64,000 nucleotides of DNA from IMG/VR virus record IMGVR_UViG_3300027844_001828, positions 171,625 to 235,624 of that record; one strand, 5' to 3'. The notes under the pieces were generated by a model. It saw only the letters and a program-made list of their open reading frames with translations. It did not search any database and had not been told where the DNA came from. The translations under genes were made by a program, and so were the position numbers. The first letter of the stretch is position 1, and each line of letters opens with the position of its first letter. Shown piece by piece: positions 62,473 through 64,000 of the stretch.

Positions 62473-62506
62473 GGCTCACTGTATAAAACATTTTATACAG
62501 TGGACC
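62473..62506 (+). repeat. 34-bp palindrome, copy 6
   Basis: GGCTCACTGTATA-AAACATTT-TATACAGTGGACC. Confidence 0.95.
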
Positions 62507-63412
62507 GGGATTTGTTGACGGCGGACACGGCGGACAAAAATATTCCTAAAAAGTGTTTGTACTCAAGGAATGTTGATGTAGATTATTAGCAACCTAAACC
62601 AAAGGATTGATCATGAAGCACTATTTTTTAGTTGGAGTGAGAGAAGTTCACGTATCACATCGGATGGTGTGTGTTGAAGATGAGGACGGGAATCCTTCTG
62701 GTCAATCCCTTGAGGAATGCGCGATTAGCAAGGCGCTCGAAGAGTCTGAAAACGAAGTTTTCTTGGAGTACTCGTACACGATGGAGGAAACAAGGACTCC
62801 AGAGCGAGCTTCTGAGGATGATATTGCAAACTTCTACCCACAAGACGACTCGGAAGAAGAACAGGGGGGGGGATGAACCAGCCCACCAGAGTCGTAGAAT
62901 GTGAAGAACCGGTAGTTCGCAAGTTCGTTGCTGGCGAACTCACTGAGGAAGAAGCATTTGCGGAACACCGAAGGCTCCAATTTAAGCACTTGCGAACAGC
63001 TTATGAGAAGGTGTTCGGGAAGGACTCCAGAGCATTGATCGTCACTGCTATCGAAGATCAGATGACAGCTTTGGGAAAAGTGTCTACCTCAGAAAAGGAG
63101 TGGGCCAGGATTCGTATCGCCGAGTACAAAGAAATATTGATAAACTTGGGCGAGATCGATTGACTTTTTATTTATAGGTGTCATATTGTTTTATTATGGC
63201 AAAAAGTACACATAAGGAGAACACCTATGTTTGAAAACAAAGAGTTTGATGCCGAGCCATTCGACGCCTTTGTGTCCCGTATGAGTGAGGTGGAGAAGAG
63301 CGCGGAGTTTGTACCGACGGTTACGCCCGAGGCAAAGACAGGGAACATCGGCTACTTCGAGATAGAATGCTTTGATGGAGTCTGGTGGGGCTAATTATTT
63401 TCACAAATGAGC

Positions 63413-63440
63413 TTGTAATGAAAACAATCGAGGTTAGAGT
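63413..63440 (+). promoter_or_regulatory. Sigma70-like promoter, 16-bp spacer
   Basis: TTGTAA-N16-TAGAGT. Confidence 0.65.
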
Positions 63441-63730
63441 ACTGGTATGACAAAAACTAATCTTATTCTCGTCATCACTTACGCATACAACGGCATCTAT
63501 GGGCGGCGCGTCGAACAGTTGGCAACGTTCAATGATGACAAAATAGGCCGTGGTCGTGCCGGAACTCATTTCAGGAAGCAATGCAGGGAAAATTTTCCAG
63601 CGTGGGCCACATTAACACGCGCCGAAAGGTCAGACATCCTTGATGATGGCATCTTTGAGAACAACACTCGCTTGGTGACGATCACTCACCAGAGGCAAAT
63701 CAATAACATCATCGACTTTGAGGGTCACTA

Positions 63731-63997
63731 ATGTCTAACATGTCACACTGCCGGTTTACGAATACCTTGGCCGATCTTGAGGATTGTTTTGAACACCTCG
63801 AAGATCCTATCGAATCGTCCGAAGAAGGTGCGCAAGATCACGGTGAACCTATGATAAGCGAAGCCGAGGCCAGTGGACGCGACATGTTGATCGAACTCTG
63901 CACCAGAATCGCACAAGACTACGGAGACATTGACGAATGGAAGGTATCACTTGCACAAAATGCAATACGGAAAACACGTCTGTCGAAGAGATTATGA
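63731..63997 (+). CDS. Conserved small phage protein (MxNMSxCRFxNT family)
   Basis: MSNMSHCRFTNTLADLEDC. Confidence 0.65.
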   Translation: MSNMSHCRFTNTLADLEDCFEHLEDPIESSEEGAQDHGEPMISEAEASGRDMLIELCTRIAQDYGDIDEWKVSLAQNAIRKTRLSKRL

Positions 63998-64000
63998 CGG

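Noticed and set aside
33482-62506. 34-bp repeats as a CRISPR array
   Set aside because: Copies are mostly kilobases apart, with no regular 30-40-bp spacers and no cas genes.

Overview
The window looks like the accessory, early-gene region of a very large (jumbo or huge) dsDNA phage. Evidence: densely packed small ORFs almost all on the + strand, many sigma70-like promoters and intrinsic terminators, two tRNAs, HNH genes, and no ribosomal or housekeeping operons. PilC-like and prepilin-like fragments point to a PVC-superphylum host, possibly Lentisphaerae (inference). Recognisable products include an AAA+/M41 protease, a frameshifted MazG-NadD fusion, a truncated CoaD, a WGR-PARP, GNAT and FHA proteins, an AAA ATPase, SprT-DUF2786, a metallophosphoesterase, a Mesh1-like HD hydrolase, a ParB-like protein, a GHKL ATPase with a zincin motif, DenV, DUF932 and alanine dehydrogenase. 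The most striking unexplained structures are four. (1) A polarised 34-bp 13-8-13 palindrome with loxP-like geometry, GGYTCACTGTATA-AAACATTT-TATACAGTGGACC, in six intact and at least two degenerate copies; several sit between a terminator and a promoter, and all lie to the right of about 32 kb. (2) A non-coding locus at about 32 kb with phased CACTGAATG repeats where strand composition flips, a candidate origin or terminus. (3) A family of otherwise unrelated small proteins sharing an N-terminal 'MNxxIAxELVxxAExLxA' leader, a candidate capsid-targeting/processing signal. (4) Several candidate structured RNAs. Many accessory genes are broken by nonsense codons, frameshifts, micro-duplications and deletions. 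All family calls come from motifs read by eye; no searches were run.
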